NCBI GenBank assembly: GCA_036563665.1 | Contig: DATCLY010000070.1 | Location: 284 to 64,283, forward strand | DNA from: Gammaproteobacteria bacterium | Lineage (GTDB): Bacteria > Pseudomonadota > Gammaproteobacteria > Steroidobacterales > Rariloculaceae | DNA: 64,000 nt | Direction: 5' to 3' | Shown: positions 46,950 through 54,717 of the stretch, piece by piece | Layout: the number at the start of each line of letters is the position of its first letter | Position numbering within the stretch: position 1 is the stretch's first letter | The notes under the pieces: model-generated | Databases searched by the model: none | What the model was told of the DNA's origin: nothing | Seen by the model: the letters and a program-made list of their open reading frames with translations, nothing else | Made by a program: the position numbers and the translations under genes

Positions 46950-48704
46950 TCATCGGTCGCCGGCGAGATCGCGATACACCGCTTCGATGAACGCCTCGGT
47001 GGTCCACGGCCCGCGGGTGGCACCGAACACGCCGGCGTAGTCGAGCGCGGGCCGGCTGCGCTTGACGTCGGCCAGCGATTCGCCGGCGTCGATCGCGCGC
47101 TGGATGCGGTCCCGGATGATCGTGAGCATGTCCCGGTACTCCGCGACGTCGGTCTCGTCGTACAGCCGGCCGTGCCCTGGAACCACGCTCGTTCCGCCTT
47201 GCGCGCGCGTCTCGGCCACGGTGATGTCGAGGATGCGGTTCAAGGCCGCGATGAGACCGTTCACGGAGCCGCCCTCGCTCGCGGCGAAGCTCGGAAAGCT
47301 GGTGGTGGAGATCACGCCGCCCGCGCTGACGACGTCGGAGCCGCGGAAGAACACCAGCGAGTCGCCGTCCGTGTGCGCGCCTGGCACGTGGATGATCTCG
47401 ATCGCTTCGCCGTTGAAGTAGATCGCCTTCGACGCGCCGTAGAAAGTATCCATGACGAGGTTGCCCGCCTCGGCGCCGGTCTCCGCGAGGCGCAGCCCCA
47501 CGTTCTCGTGCGCGAGCACGGCCGCCTGCTGCAACGGCTCGTTCGCGAGCACGAGGTTGCCCCCGGTGTGGTCCGCGTGGAAATGCGTGTTCACGACATA
47601 GCGGATGGGCCGATCGCCCGCGAGCCGCCGGATCTCCTCGCGAACGGCCGGGGCCGCGTCCGCCGACCCCGTGTCGACGACGAGGACGCCTTCGTCGCCG
47701 ATCTGCACCGTGACGTTGCCGCCTGCGCCGAAGATCGCCCACACCTTTCCCTTCACGTGCATCGAGCGGATGCCCGCCGGGGGCGGCGCGGCCGCCGTCA
47801 CGGTGGCCGGCGGCGCCGCGACGGCGCGGTTGCCCCCGCGCTCGAGGCGGGCGGCGAACTCGGGGTACATCGTCGGCGCGCCCGCCGCCAACGCCCAGCG
47901 CGGCAGCGAGTACTTGCCCGCGAACTCGTCCAGCAGCGGATTCTCGCCCGGCAGGTAATGCGGCACGCGGTACTTGTCGGCCGTCGTCTCCTCCGCCGGG
48001 AAGCACTTGTAGAAGATCGGCGCGTCGTTGCGGGTGAGCGGATCGCCGAGCGCGGGCCCGGGACGCGGCAGCAACCGATACTCCGTGGTCCTGACGAACG
48101 GCTCGGCCAAGTACACCGGGTCGTCGACGACGGTGGTCACCAGCAGGTAGTCGTCGAAGCGCGTGAACTGCTCGATCATCCTCGCGCGCTCGCTCGTGGG
48201 CGCGCCGTTGCGGCGCAGCCAGCCGGGCTTCATGTGCGTGGTCTCGACGACGAGCGAATCTCCCTCCCAGCGACCCGTGGAGAACCCTTCGAAGGTGTGG
48301 AGCGCTTCCGGCGGCGGATGGGGACGACCGTCCAGCCAGACGATGCGGTCGATGCCGAAGGTGCCCTCCAGCCGGATCGCCTCCGCGACGCGGCGCACCC
48401 GATCGAACTGGGTCGTGACGACCAGCGTGTTCGGCCCCCAGAGCTGATACGCCGCCGGATGGGGCGTGCACTGATGCTCGGGGACGCTGAGCCAGGAGCC
48501 GGAGTAGCTCTCGGCCTTGCGGATGCCGGCCTCGTTGAGCGGCAGCCCGAGGTAGTCGCCGATCTCGGGTCCCGCGCCCCGGTCGTTGAAATCCTCGTGG
48601 CCGAAGACGCCCGGATGCTCCCAGGCGCCCGTGAAGTCCACTTGCGCGACGGCGATGGAGAGCGGCGCGAGCGCCAGCGCGAGAAGCGATTCGAGCCGTT
48701 TCAC
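46950..48704 (-). CDS. natural fusion: 'WEGDTLVV' family domain (copy 5) + MBL-fold metallo-hydrolase domain, secreted
   Basis: The start is GTG 48704. The N-half has DFTGAW, HQCTPHPAA, GFSTGRWEGDSLVVET and VDDPVYLAEPF. The C-half has VVNTHFHADHTGG and HVPGAHTDGD. Confidence 0.85.
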   Translation of the reverse strand: MKRLESLLALALAPLSIAVAQVDFTGAWEHPGVFGHEDFNDRGAGPEIGDYLGLPLNEAGIRKAESYSGSWLSVPEHQCTPHPAAYQLWGPNTLVVTTQFDRVRRVAEAIRLEGTFGIDRIVWLDGRPHPPPEALHTFEGFSTGRWEGDSLVVETTHMKPGWLRRNGAPTSERARMIEQFTRFDDYLLVTTVVDDPVYLAEPFVRTTEYRLLPRPGPALGDPLTRNDAPIFYKCFPAEETTADKYRVPHYLPGENPLLDEFAGKYSLPRWALAAGAPTMYPEFAARLERGGNRAVAAPPATVTAAAPPPAGIRSMHVKGKVWAIFGAGGNVTVQIGDEGVLVVDTGSADAAPAVREEIRRLAGDRPIRYVVNTHFHADHTGGNLVLANEPLQQAAVLAHENVGLRLAETGAEAGNLVMDTFYGASKAIYFNGEAIEIIHVPGAHTDGDSLVFFRGSDVVSAGGVISTTSFPSFAASEGGSVNGLIAALNRILDITVAETRAQGGTSVVPGHGRLYDETDVAEYRDMLTIIRDRIQRAIDAGESLADVKRSRPALDYAGVFGATRGPWTTEAFIEAVYRDLAGDR

Positions 48705-48705
48705 C

Positions 48706-49536
48706 CTACTCTCCTCGTGCCGCGAGCGGCGGCGCCGTCCGGCAGGGCGACGGGCGCCAGCTCGAGCCGTCCGGCTCGCGCTTGAAATGCGACGACGTGA
48801 CGAAATCGCTGCTCAAGTACGTCGGGTCGTGGACGATCGAGAGCACGGTCAGGTAATCGTTGCCGAACGCCGAGAAGCGGGAGAAATACTCCGTGAGCAC
48901 TGCGTTCTCGCTATAGGGCACGCCGTTCTTGCGCAGATACCCGGCGCGCAGGTGCGTGGTCACCGCCTTGAGCGCGCCCTTGGGTGGGCCGTCCGCGGGC
49001 ACGGGCGGCCTGCCGCTCATCACCGCCCTCAGATCGAAGCCCCCGACGGGGCGCGTCCACTCCGCGGTCGTGAAGCCCTGCCAGCTCTTCTCCGTCGACG
49101 GCGGCGGCGCGGCGCCGAAGCGGAGCAACCGCGTCTGCTCGCCCGCATCGGTCTCGATCTTGAGCGTGTCGTCGTCGTGCCAGGAGATGTGCAGGCGCAA
49201 CGGCATCCGCATGAGGCCGGCCGCGCCGAACGGCCGGCAGGCTTCGCCGCTCGCGGCGTCGCGCGCGGGATCCCATGCCGCGGCGACGCGTCGGCCTTCC
49301 GCGTTGAGCGGCACGCTGGTCGCGTCGCCCGGCGGCGGCGTGATCATTCGCCACAGCCAGTCCTCCGTGACCAGCGCCACCCAGTAGCCGGTGAGATCCA
49401 CCTGCGCGGATTCCCGCGCCGAGCGCGGCGCGGCGAAGCCGGGTCCTGCACCCGGCTGGGCGACGGCGGGTCCCGCGACGGTCAGCGCGATGAGCGACAG
49501 GGCGGCCGAAGGCCACGCCGCGCAGTGTCGCCGCAT
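48706..49536 (-). CDS. secreted uncharacterised protein, 'WEGDTLVV' family copy 6 (WEGD motif degenerate)
   Basis: This is the real part of track ORF 48706..49722. ATG 49536 overlaps the upstream stop (TGATG). It has DLTGYW, EACRPFGAAG and VHDPTYLSSDF. It aligns with the N-half of 46950..48704, for example THLRAGYLRKNGVPYSENAVLTEYFSRF against THMKPGWLRRNGAPTSERARMIEQFTRF. Confidence 0.75.
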   Translation of the reverse strand: MRRHCAAWPSAALSLIALTVAGPAVAQPGAGPGFAAPRSARESAQVDLTGYWVALVTEDWLWRMITPPPGDATSVPLNAEGRRVAAAWDPARDAASGEACRPFGAAGLMRMPLRLHISWHDDDTLKIETDAGEQTRLLRFGAAPPPSTEKSWQGFTTAEWTRPVGGFDLRAVMSGRPPVPADGPPKGALKAVTTHLRAGYLRKNGVPYSENAVLTEYFSRFSAFGNDYLTVLSIVHDPTYLSSDFVTSSHFKREPDGSSWRPSPCRTAPPLAARGE

Positions 49537-49928
49537 CAGTCCACGACCTCGCCCGGCAGAGTGCCCCAACCGAAACCGTCCGTCGTGCGCGTGATCGTCC
49601 TGAGCAGCAGACGGTGCTCCTCGGCGACCCGCCCCGGGTTCCCCGTCACGATGACCGGATCGCCGGGCCGCAGGGTTTGCGCCGTCAACCCGCGGGCGCC
49701 GAGCTGATTCGCGCCCTGCCACTCCACGGCCCAGCGGGTGCTCCCGCCGGAGCCGTCGGGCACCAGCACGTGCAGCACCGAATGCGGATTGCGGAACTGG
49801 AACTGCGCCACCTTGCCTTCGATGCGAATCGTCTCGTCGGCCCGGTAAACGGCCGCGAAGGAATGATGCGCGGCCGCCTGCCCGGCCGAGAGCGTCGCGA
49901 GCGCCAGAGCGACGACGATGCGTTTCAT
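49536..49928 (-). CDS. small secreted protein, DUF6152-like paralog 4
   Basis: ATG 49928 gives MKRIVVALALATLSAGQAAA, and the mature protein starts HHSFAAVYR. It carries FQFRNPH and RPGDPVIV. Confidence 0.8.
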   Translation of the reverse strand: MKRIVVALALATLSAGQAAAHHSFAAVYRADETIRIEGKVAQFQFRNPHSVLHVLVPDGSGGSTRWAVEWQGANQLGARGLTAQTLRPGDPVIVTGNPGRVAEEHRLLLRTITRTTDGFGWGTLPGEVVD

Positions 49929-49933
49929 CTGAG

Positions 49934-50935
49934 TCACCTGCGGTTCTTGCGGACGATGTCCGCCTGCATGCATTCGGAGACGATCCGCCAGAAGCGCTGA
50001 TACCGCTCGCTGCCCATGACGAACGGATGCGGGTCGCCCGGCCCTCGAGCCGCGAGCGCGGCGAGGCGCGCCGGCGTGTCGTCGAAGATCGGATGATTCT
50101 GTATCTCGACGTCCACGTTCTCGCGCGCCGCGACGTCGAGATAGTGGGCGATCGAGTCGATGTAGCGCTCGAGCCCCGCCGGCGGCGTGTAGGCCGCCGC
50201 GAGCACGGTGCCGCCGAAGAGGCCGGCCACGTGAGCTTCGCCGCGGTCGCGCACGGGGAAGATGAACGCGAGCGCGCCCGGCGTGTGACCCGGAATCTCC
50301 ACGGGCGTGATGGTCAGGTCGCCGACGACGATCGGCTCGCCCTCACGCACGACGAGGTCGCGCGTCGGGGCGGGTGTCGCGTCCCGCCTCCCCGAGGTCA
50401 CCGCCTGGGCGATGGTATCCCAGTCGGCCGCCGTGGTCCCGACCCGTGCGCCGTAGCGCGTCTGGAAGTAGCTCGCGCCGCCGTAGTGATCCGAATGGCC
50501 GTGGCCGAGCAGCACGAGCACCACGTCCGCGGGGTCGAGGCCGAGCTCGACGAGCCCGGGGAGCAGCACGGGCTCCACCTCCGACGCCACGCCGGCATCG
50601 ATGAGGACGATGCCCGCCGACGTCGTGATCGCGTGAACGACCGTCTCGGAGTTGCCGAGCGCGTATAGATTATCGAACAGTTTGACGGGCTCGAGCGGCG
50701 GCGCCGAGAAGTCGTTCGGCCGCGCGTTGCCGGGGACGCAGAAGAACTCGAAGGGCGCCGTCAGGTCCGTGCCGGCCAGGAGGCGCGCGTTCTCGACGTG
50801 GCGTGCGGCAAGCGCCTCGGCGGGGGCGTCGTCCGTCACGCCGTCCTGCGCCAGTGCCTGCCCGAACGGCAGGAGGAGCAGCGTTGCCGCTGCGCCGAGG
50901 CAGGTGGCGTAGAGCCCGGTTCTCGACTGACGCAT
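49934..50935 (-). CDS. secreted MBL-fold metallo-hydrolase (subclass B3-like layout)
   Basis: It has a signal peptide, the HxHxDH motif LLGHGHSDHYGG, and a downstream PGHTPG. Confidence 0.8.
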   Translation of the reverse strand: MRQSRTGLYATCLGAAATLLLLPFGQALAQDGVTDDAPAEALAARHVENARLLAGTDLTAPFEFFCVPGNARPNDFSAPPLEPVKLFDNLYALGNSETVVHAITTSAGIVLIDAGVASEVEPVLLPGLVELGLDPADVVLVLLGHGHSDHYGGASYFQTRYGARVGTTAADWDTIAQAVTSGRRDATPAPTRDLVVREGEPIVVGDLTITPVEIPGHTPGALAFIFPVRDRGEAHVAGLFGGTVLAAAYTPPAGLERYIDSIAHYLDVAARENVDVEIQNHPIFDDTPARLAALAARGPGDPHPFVMGSERYQRFWRIVSECMQADIVRKNRR

Positions 50936-50999
50936 ACGACCCCCACGCTTCCGGCGGAAGCGCCGACGGACATAGTGCGTCGCGAGAAGCGCGGCGGTG

Positions 51000-51014
51000 A
51001 TCGAATTTTCGAAT
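51000..51014. promoter_or_regulatory. candidate LysR-type box ATCGAATTTTCGAAT (T-N11-A; inverted repeat TCGAA-tt-TTCGA)
   Basis: This AT-rich element lies in the 114-bp gap between the LysR stop (51050) and the MBL gene start (50935). A TATAAA-like element is adjacent. Confidence 0.4.
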
Positions 51015-51049
51015 GCCAGGTATAAAGGCTCGACGATGAGTCGCGTCGG

Positions 51050-51952
51050 TCAGACCGAGCTCGCGACCTGCAGCAATTGCTCGCGCATCCACGCGTGCGC
51101 CGGGCTCGAGGTGAAGCGCGGGTTCCAGGCCAGCTTCTCGCGCAGCGGGGGCACCTCGAACGGCAGCTCCAGCAGGCGCAGCTCCGCCGCGTTCCGCATC
51201 CGCTCGCCGAGGCGCCGCGGCAGCATGGCGAGCAGCCGCGTTCCCCGCAGCAGGAACGGCGCGGCCGTGAAGCTCGCGCTCGACGCGGCGATCTTCTGCA
51301 CGTGGCCGTGGCGAGAGAGGTACTCGTCGGCGATGGAGAGGCGGCCTGGGTCCGAGATATTGAAGGAGAGGTGCGGATGCGCGAGGTACTCCTCGAGCGA
51401 CAGCGTGTCGCCGATCGCCGGATGTCCCGCCCAGACGGCGCATACCCAGCCGTCGTCGAACAGCGGGATCGAAGGCAGCGACAGCTCGACTTCCTCGGGG
51501 AAGATGCCGAAATCCACCTCGCCCGCCGCGATGCGCTCGCCGGCTTCCACGTCGAGCCGCACGAAGTGCAGCGACACGCCCGGCGCCGCTTCCGCCAGCC
51601 GCTGCATCAGGGGGCCGAACAGCAGCAGCACGGCGTAGTCGCTGGCGGCGATGCTGAAGGAACGGCTCTGCGTGGCCAGCGAGAAGCTCGGCTTCGCGTT
51701 CAGGAGCTCTTCGAGCTCCACGACGTGCCGGTGCACGCGGTCGGCGATGCCGGCGGCGAACTCGGTGAGCTCGAGATGCCGGCCCACGCGCACGAGCAGC
51801 TCGTCATCGAACGTCTGCCTCAGCCTCGCGAGCATGCCGCTCATCGCCGGCTGACTCATGAACAGCCGCTCCGCCGCCCGCGTGACGTTCCGCTCCTGCA
51901 GCAGCGCGTCGAGCGCGAGCAGCAGGTTGAGGTCGAACTGCCTGAGATTCAT
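51050..51952 (-). CDS. LysR family transcriptional regulator (NodD-like)
   Basis: The N-terminus is MNLRQFDLNLLLALDALLQERNVTRAAERLFMSQPAMSGMLARLRQTF, followed by a LysR substrate-binding domain. Confidence 0.88.
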   Translation of the reverse strand: MNLRQFDLNLLLALDALLQERNVTRAAERLFMSQPAMSGMLARLRQTFDDELLVRVGRHLELTEFAAGIADRVHRHVVELEELLNAKPSFSLATQSRSFSIAASDYAVLLLFGPLMQRLAEAAPGVSLHFVRLDVEAGERIAAGEVDFGIFPEEVELSLPSIPLFDDGWVCAVWAGHPAIGDTLSLEEYLAHPHLSFNISDPGRLSIADEYLSRHGHVQKIAASSASFTAAPFLLRGTRLLAMLPRRLGERMRNAAELRLLELPFEVPPLREKLAWNPRFTSSPAHAWMREQLLQVASSV

Positions 51953-51970
51953 CGCGGTGGCTCGGAGCCC

Positions 51971-52762
51971 CTACTCCGCTATGCGGTGCCGCTCGAGCTC
52001 GTCGTGCCAGAGCCCCTTGCTGCAGCCGTACTCGAGCGTCGCGGAGTCGTCCATGCGCTGATAGTAGGCGATGCGCCGCTGCGGGCCGTCGTAGAGCGTG
52101 GGATCGGTCAGCGTCATGTCGATCACGAGCACGTCGTCGTTGATCGGCGGCTGAACCGTGGCCACGAAGCCGGTCGGCCGCGGGCCCACGTTCGCGAGCT
52201 TGGTGAGCCGGACGCGCTCCACGATCCGGGTCTGCTCGCTGCGCGGCCATGGGCGGAGCCACCACTCCTCGAGCAGCCGCGTGTCGATGACCAGCGTGTC
52301 GCCGTCCCACGTGCCGATCGAGTAGCCGACCCCGGCGGGCGGATAGTCGTCCGGAAACTCCCGGCCGTCCAGGAACACGCGGCGGACCTGCGTCTCGAGC
52401 TCGGCCACCATCACGATGCGCGACGCGGTCTGCACGAGCTCGATCGGATAGGACACCAGCGACAGCATGACGCCCGGCATGCCCGCCCCGACGCACCAGG
52501 CGCCCGTCTCCGGAATCTCCGAGAACTGCTCGGCGAACGCGCGCAGCTTCGCCTCGCCTTCCGCCGAGTAGCGCGGCGCGTTGCCGCCGCCGTCCGGGTT
52601 CTCGACGGCGAACGCCATCCACACGCCGGAGAAGTCCGGATGCGACGCCGTCCCGGCTGTCGCGTCCTGCGCCGGGTCCGCCGGTGTGCAGGCGGTCGCG
52701 AGCAGGAACGCGAGCGGTAAACCCGCCGCGAGAAAACCCGTGGATCGATGCAATGCCGGCAT
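51971..52762 (-). CDS. secreted or lipoprotein uncharacterised protein, 'C-x-P-x-G / WEGDTLVV' family, copy 7
   Basis: Motifs present: AWCVGAGMPG, GYSIGTWDGDTLVIDT, LTDPTLYDGP. The N-terminus ends ...FLLATAC. Confidence 0.8.
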   Translation of the reverse strand: MPALHRSTGFLAAGLPLAFLLATACTPADPAQDATAGTASHPDFSGVWMAFAVENPDGGGNAPRYSAEGEAKLRAFAEQFSEIPETGAWCVGAGMPGVMLSLVSYPIELVQTASRIVMVAELETQVRRVFLDGREFPDDYPPAGVGYSIGTWDGDTLVIDTRLLEEWWLRPWPRSEQTRIVERVRLTKLANVGPRPTGFVATVQPPINDDVLVIDMTLTDPTLYDGPQRRIAYYQRMDDSATLEYGCSKGLWHDELERHRIAE

Positions 52763-53182
52763 TGAGGTCCCCCGAGCCCAATGCGCCGTGGGCGGATCGA
52801 GACTGCGGCGAGTATAGGCGAGCCGCGCGGCGGGGAACCAGCGCGCGACGAGCGCCGGCGCGCCACGCCGGCAACGGTTGCGGCGCCAGGCGCCCTCTGC
52901 ACCCGGCGTGACGGCGCACCGTCCGTCGATGAAGCCGACGCGACAGGAGTCCCAGATCGCGCAGACGCGCCGTGACGAGCGAGCGTCCGAGCGTCAGCGC
53001 AGCGATGCCGAGCGCCACCGCGGCCGAGAGCGCGGCGTTGACGAACGGATCGGCGAGCCCATCGGCCCACGCGTCGAGGGGAGGCACTTCCGCCTCCAGC
53101 GCAGCCACGACGAGCCAAGCGGCGGCCGCGGCGACTCCTCCATACCGCAGCATGCGGCGGAGCGTCGACCTTCGCAGCGCCT

Positions 53183-53671
53183 TCAACGCGGCATCCTCAC
53201 GCGCCTGGATCTCGGCGCGAATCCAGAGCACGTCGGGATCCGGCAAGGCCGGGGCTGCAGCGGCGATCTCGCGATGGTCGAGCTCCTCGACGTACGCCAG
53301 CCACAGCAACGAGCGTTGCCGCGGCGCGAGCCCCGGAACGCGCGCTCGACGTCGCCGTCGAGCGCGGGATCGACCGCTTCCTCGAGCAGCTCCGCCGCCG
53401 CACGGTCGCGCTCGCCTTCGCGCCGGTGCCGGCGCCAGCGATCGACCACGAGCGTCTCGGCCGTCCGATACAGATAGCCCCGCATCTCGGCTTCGCTCAG
53501 CAACGGCGGTGCCTTCGTGAGGAAGCGCACGAACGCGTCCTGCAGGACGTCGTCCGCCGCGTGCAGCGAGCCGACGCTGCGCGCGATGTACGCGCGCAGC
53601 GCCGGCGCCGTCTCGCGATAGAAGCGGCGGAACGCGGCCTGGTCCATGCGCGCACGGCCGGCAGCGGGCAT
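53183..53671 (-). CDS. ECF-type sigma-70 family factor, apparently frameshifted and lacking a recognisable region 4.2
   Basis: Region 2 (FRRFYRETAPALRAYI...DDVLQDAFVRFL...YLYRTAETLVVDRWRR) is in the frame of track ORF 53183..53671. The start of region 4 (GLAPRQRSLLWLAYVEELDHREIAA) is in the frame of ORF 51804..53681. The switch is at the C-run at 53330-53333. Confidence 0.7.
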   Translation of the reverse strand: MPAAGRARMDQAAFRRFYRETAPALRAYIARSVGSLHAADDVLQDAFVRFLTKAPPLLSEAEMRGYLYRTAETLVVDRWRRHRREGERDRAAAELLEEAVDPALDGDVERAFRGSRRGNARCCGWRTSRSSTIARSPLQPRPCRIPTCSGFAPRSRRVRMPR

Positions 53672-53733
53672 GGGCGCTCACGCGCCTCGCTTCTCGGTGA
53701 GGACGAGACGCAGCAGGGCGTTGAACAGGAGCC

Positions 53734-53880
53734 CTATGCCGACGGCCGCGAGAATCTCGCGATAAGCGCCTTCTGCAGCTCGGTCCGATGACGAATCTTG
53801 GCCCGAACGTGCGCGGCGCCCAGCGCCAGGACGAACGCGACGAACCCGAACACCACCAGCGTGATCAGCACCGTCTGCAT
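53734..53880 (-). CDS. possible small membrane protein (48 aa; below the track cutoff)
   Basis: ATG 53880 lies 7 nt after GGAGGAGG. The translation is MQTVLITLVVFGFVAFVLALGAAHVRAKIRHRTELQKALIARFSRPSA. Confidence 0.3.
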   Translation of the reverse strand: MQTVLITLVVFGFVAFVLALGAAHVRAKIRHRTELQKALIARFSRPSA

Positions 53881-54104
53881 GGCACATCCTCCTCCGGACG
53901 ATCACGCGCTTGACGCTCGTCGGCGCCGCAAGGTTAACAGGGGGAAGCGGAATGTCGCTCGTAGCGGCCGGCCGCGAGCAAGATGCCGAAGAGCGGATCG
54001 CCCGCACGAGCGCCCGCCGGTGAGCGCGACGAGCTACTGCCCCTCGTCCGCCGGTGCTTTCGCCTCGAGCGCGAACCTTCCGGCCCGCAAGGCTGCTGCC
54101 CCGG

Positions 54105-54593
54105 CTACGGGGGCGGACGCTGCACTCGATCGGTCCGGGCCGGCGGTCGAGCCGTCGCGGCCGGCAGCTCGAAGCTGCCTTCGTCGTTGAACCGGCGCGT
54201 GCCGAGCAGCCCGCCCTCGAGCTTGCCCCGAACGCGGTAGCGAACCTCTCGCGCTTCCGGAGCATTGGCGAAGCCGAAGACCTGCCGCGCCATGTCGAAC
54301 GCGGAAATGGTGACGGGAATGGTGAAGACGCTTTCGCCGTAGCGCGGCACGACGCCCACCGCGTCGCTCACGCCGGTGGCGAGCCGGCGGCCGTTCAGAT
54401 CGAGCGTGAGCGCCACGCCCGTGTACTCGAGCGGTCGATCGTTGGGGTTCTGGACTCTGATCGCCACGGCGAGGCGCAGCTCGAGGCCCTCGCTCGGCAA
54501 GGGCTCGATGCCCGCCACGGCGATGTTCAGCGGATCGCGATTCGCGACGGTCGCGCAGCCCGCGAGCCACGCCGCGAGCACGACGAGCGCCAT
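54105..54593 (-). CDS. LEA type 2 (LEA_2/NDR1-HIN1-like) family lipoprotein
   Basis: ATG 54593 gives MALVVLAAWLAGC, which carries a lipobox. The sequence LELRLAVAIRVQNPNDRPLEYTGVALTLDLNGRRLATG...ESVFTIPVTIS fits LEA_2. Confidence 0.75.
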   Translation of the reverse strand: MALVVLAAWLAGCATVANRDPLNIAVAGIEPLPSEGLELRLAVAIRVQNPNDRPLEYTGVALTLDLNGRRLATGVSDAVGVVPRYGESVFTIPVTISAFDMARQVFGFANAPEAREVRYRVRGKLEGGLLGTRRFNDEGSFELPAATARPPARTDRVQRPPP

Positions 54594-54717
54594 CGCCGGT
54601 CGCCGCTGCGTTCCGGATCCACCGCAGAGACAGTGCACCAAGGGCCCGCCCGCCTGTTTCGCTTCGGTACGACTAGTGTAAGCCCGTAGCCCGAGCGCCG
54701 CTTTGGCCGCCGGCGCT

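Noticed and set aside
40793-50935. Beta-lactamase plus three metallo-beta-lactamase-fold genes as an acquired multi-resistance island.
   Set aside because: The MBL fold is a broad hydrolase superfamily. Two of the three proteins carry extra non-lactamase domains. There are no mobile elements, and the composition matches the host. I treat this as a chromosomal catabolic or periplasmic system plus an intrinsic class A enzyme.
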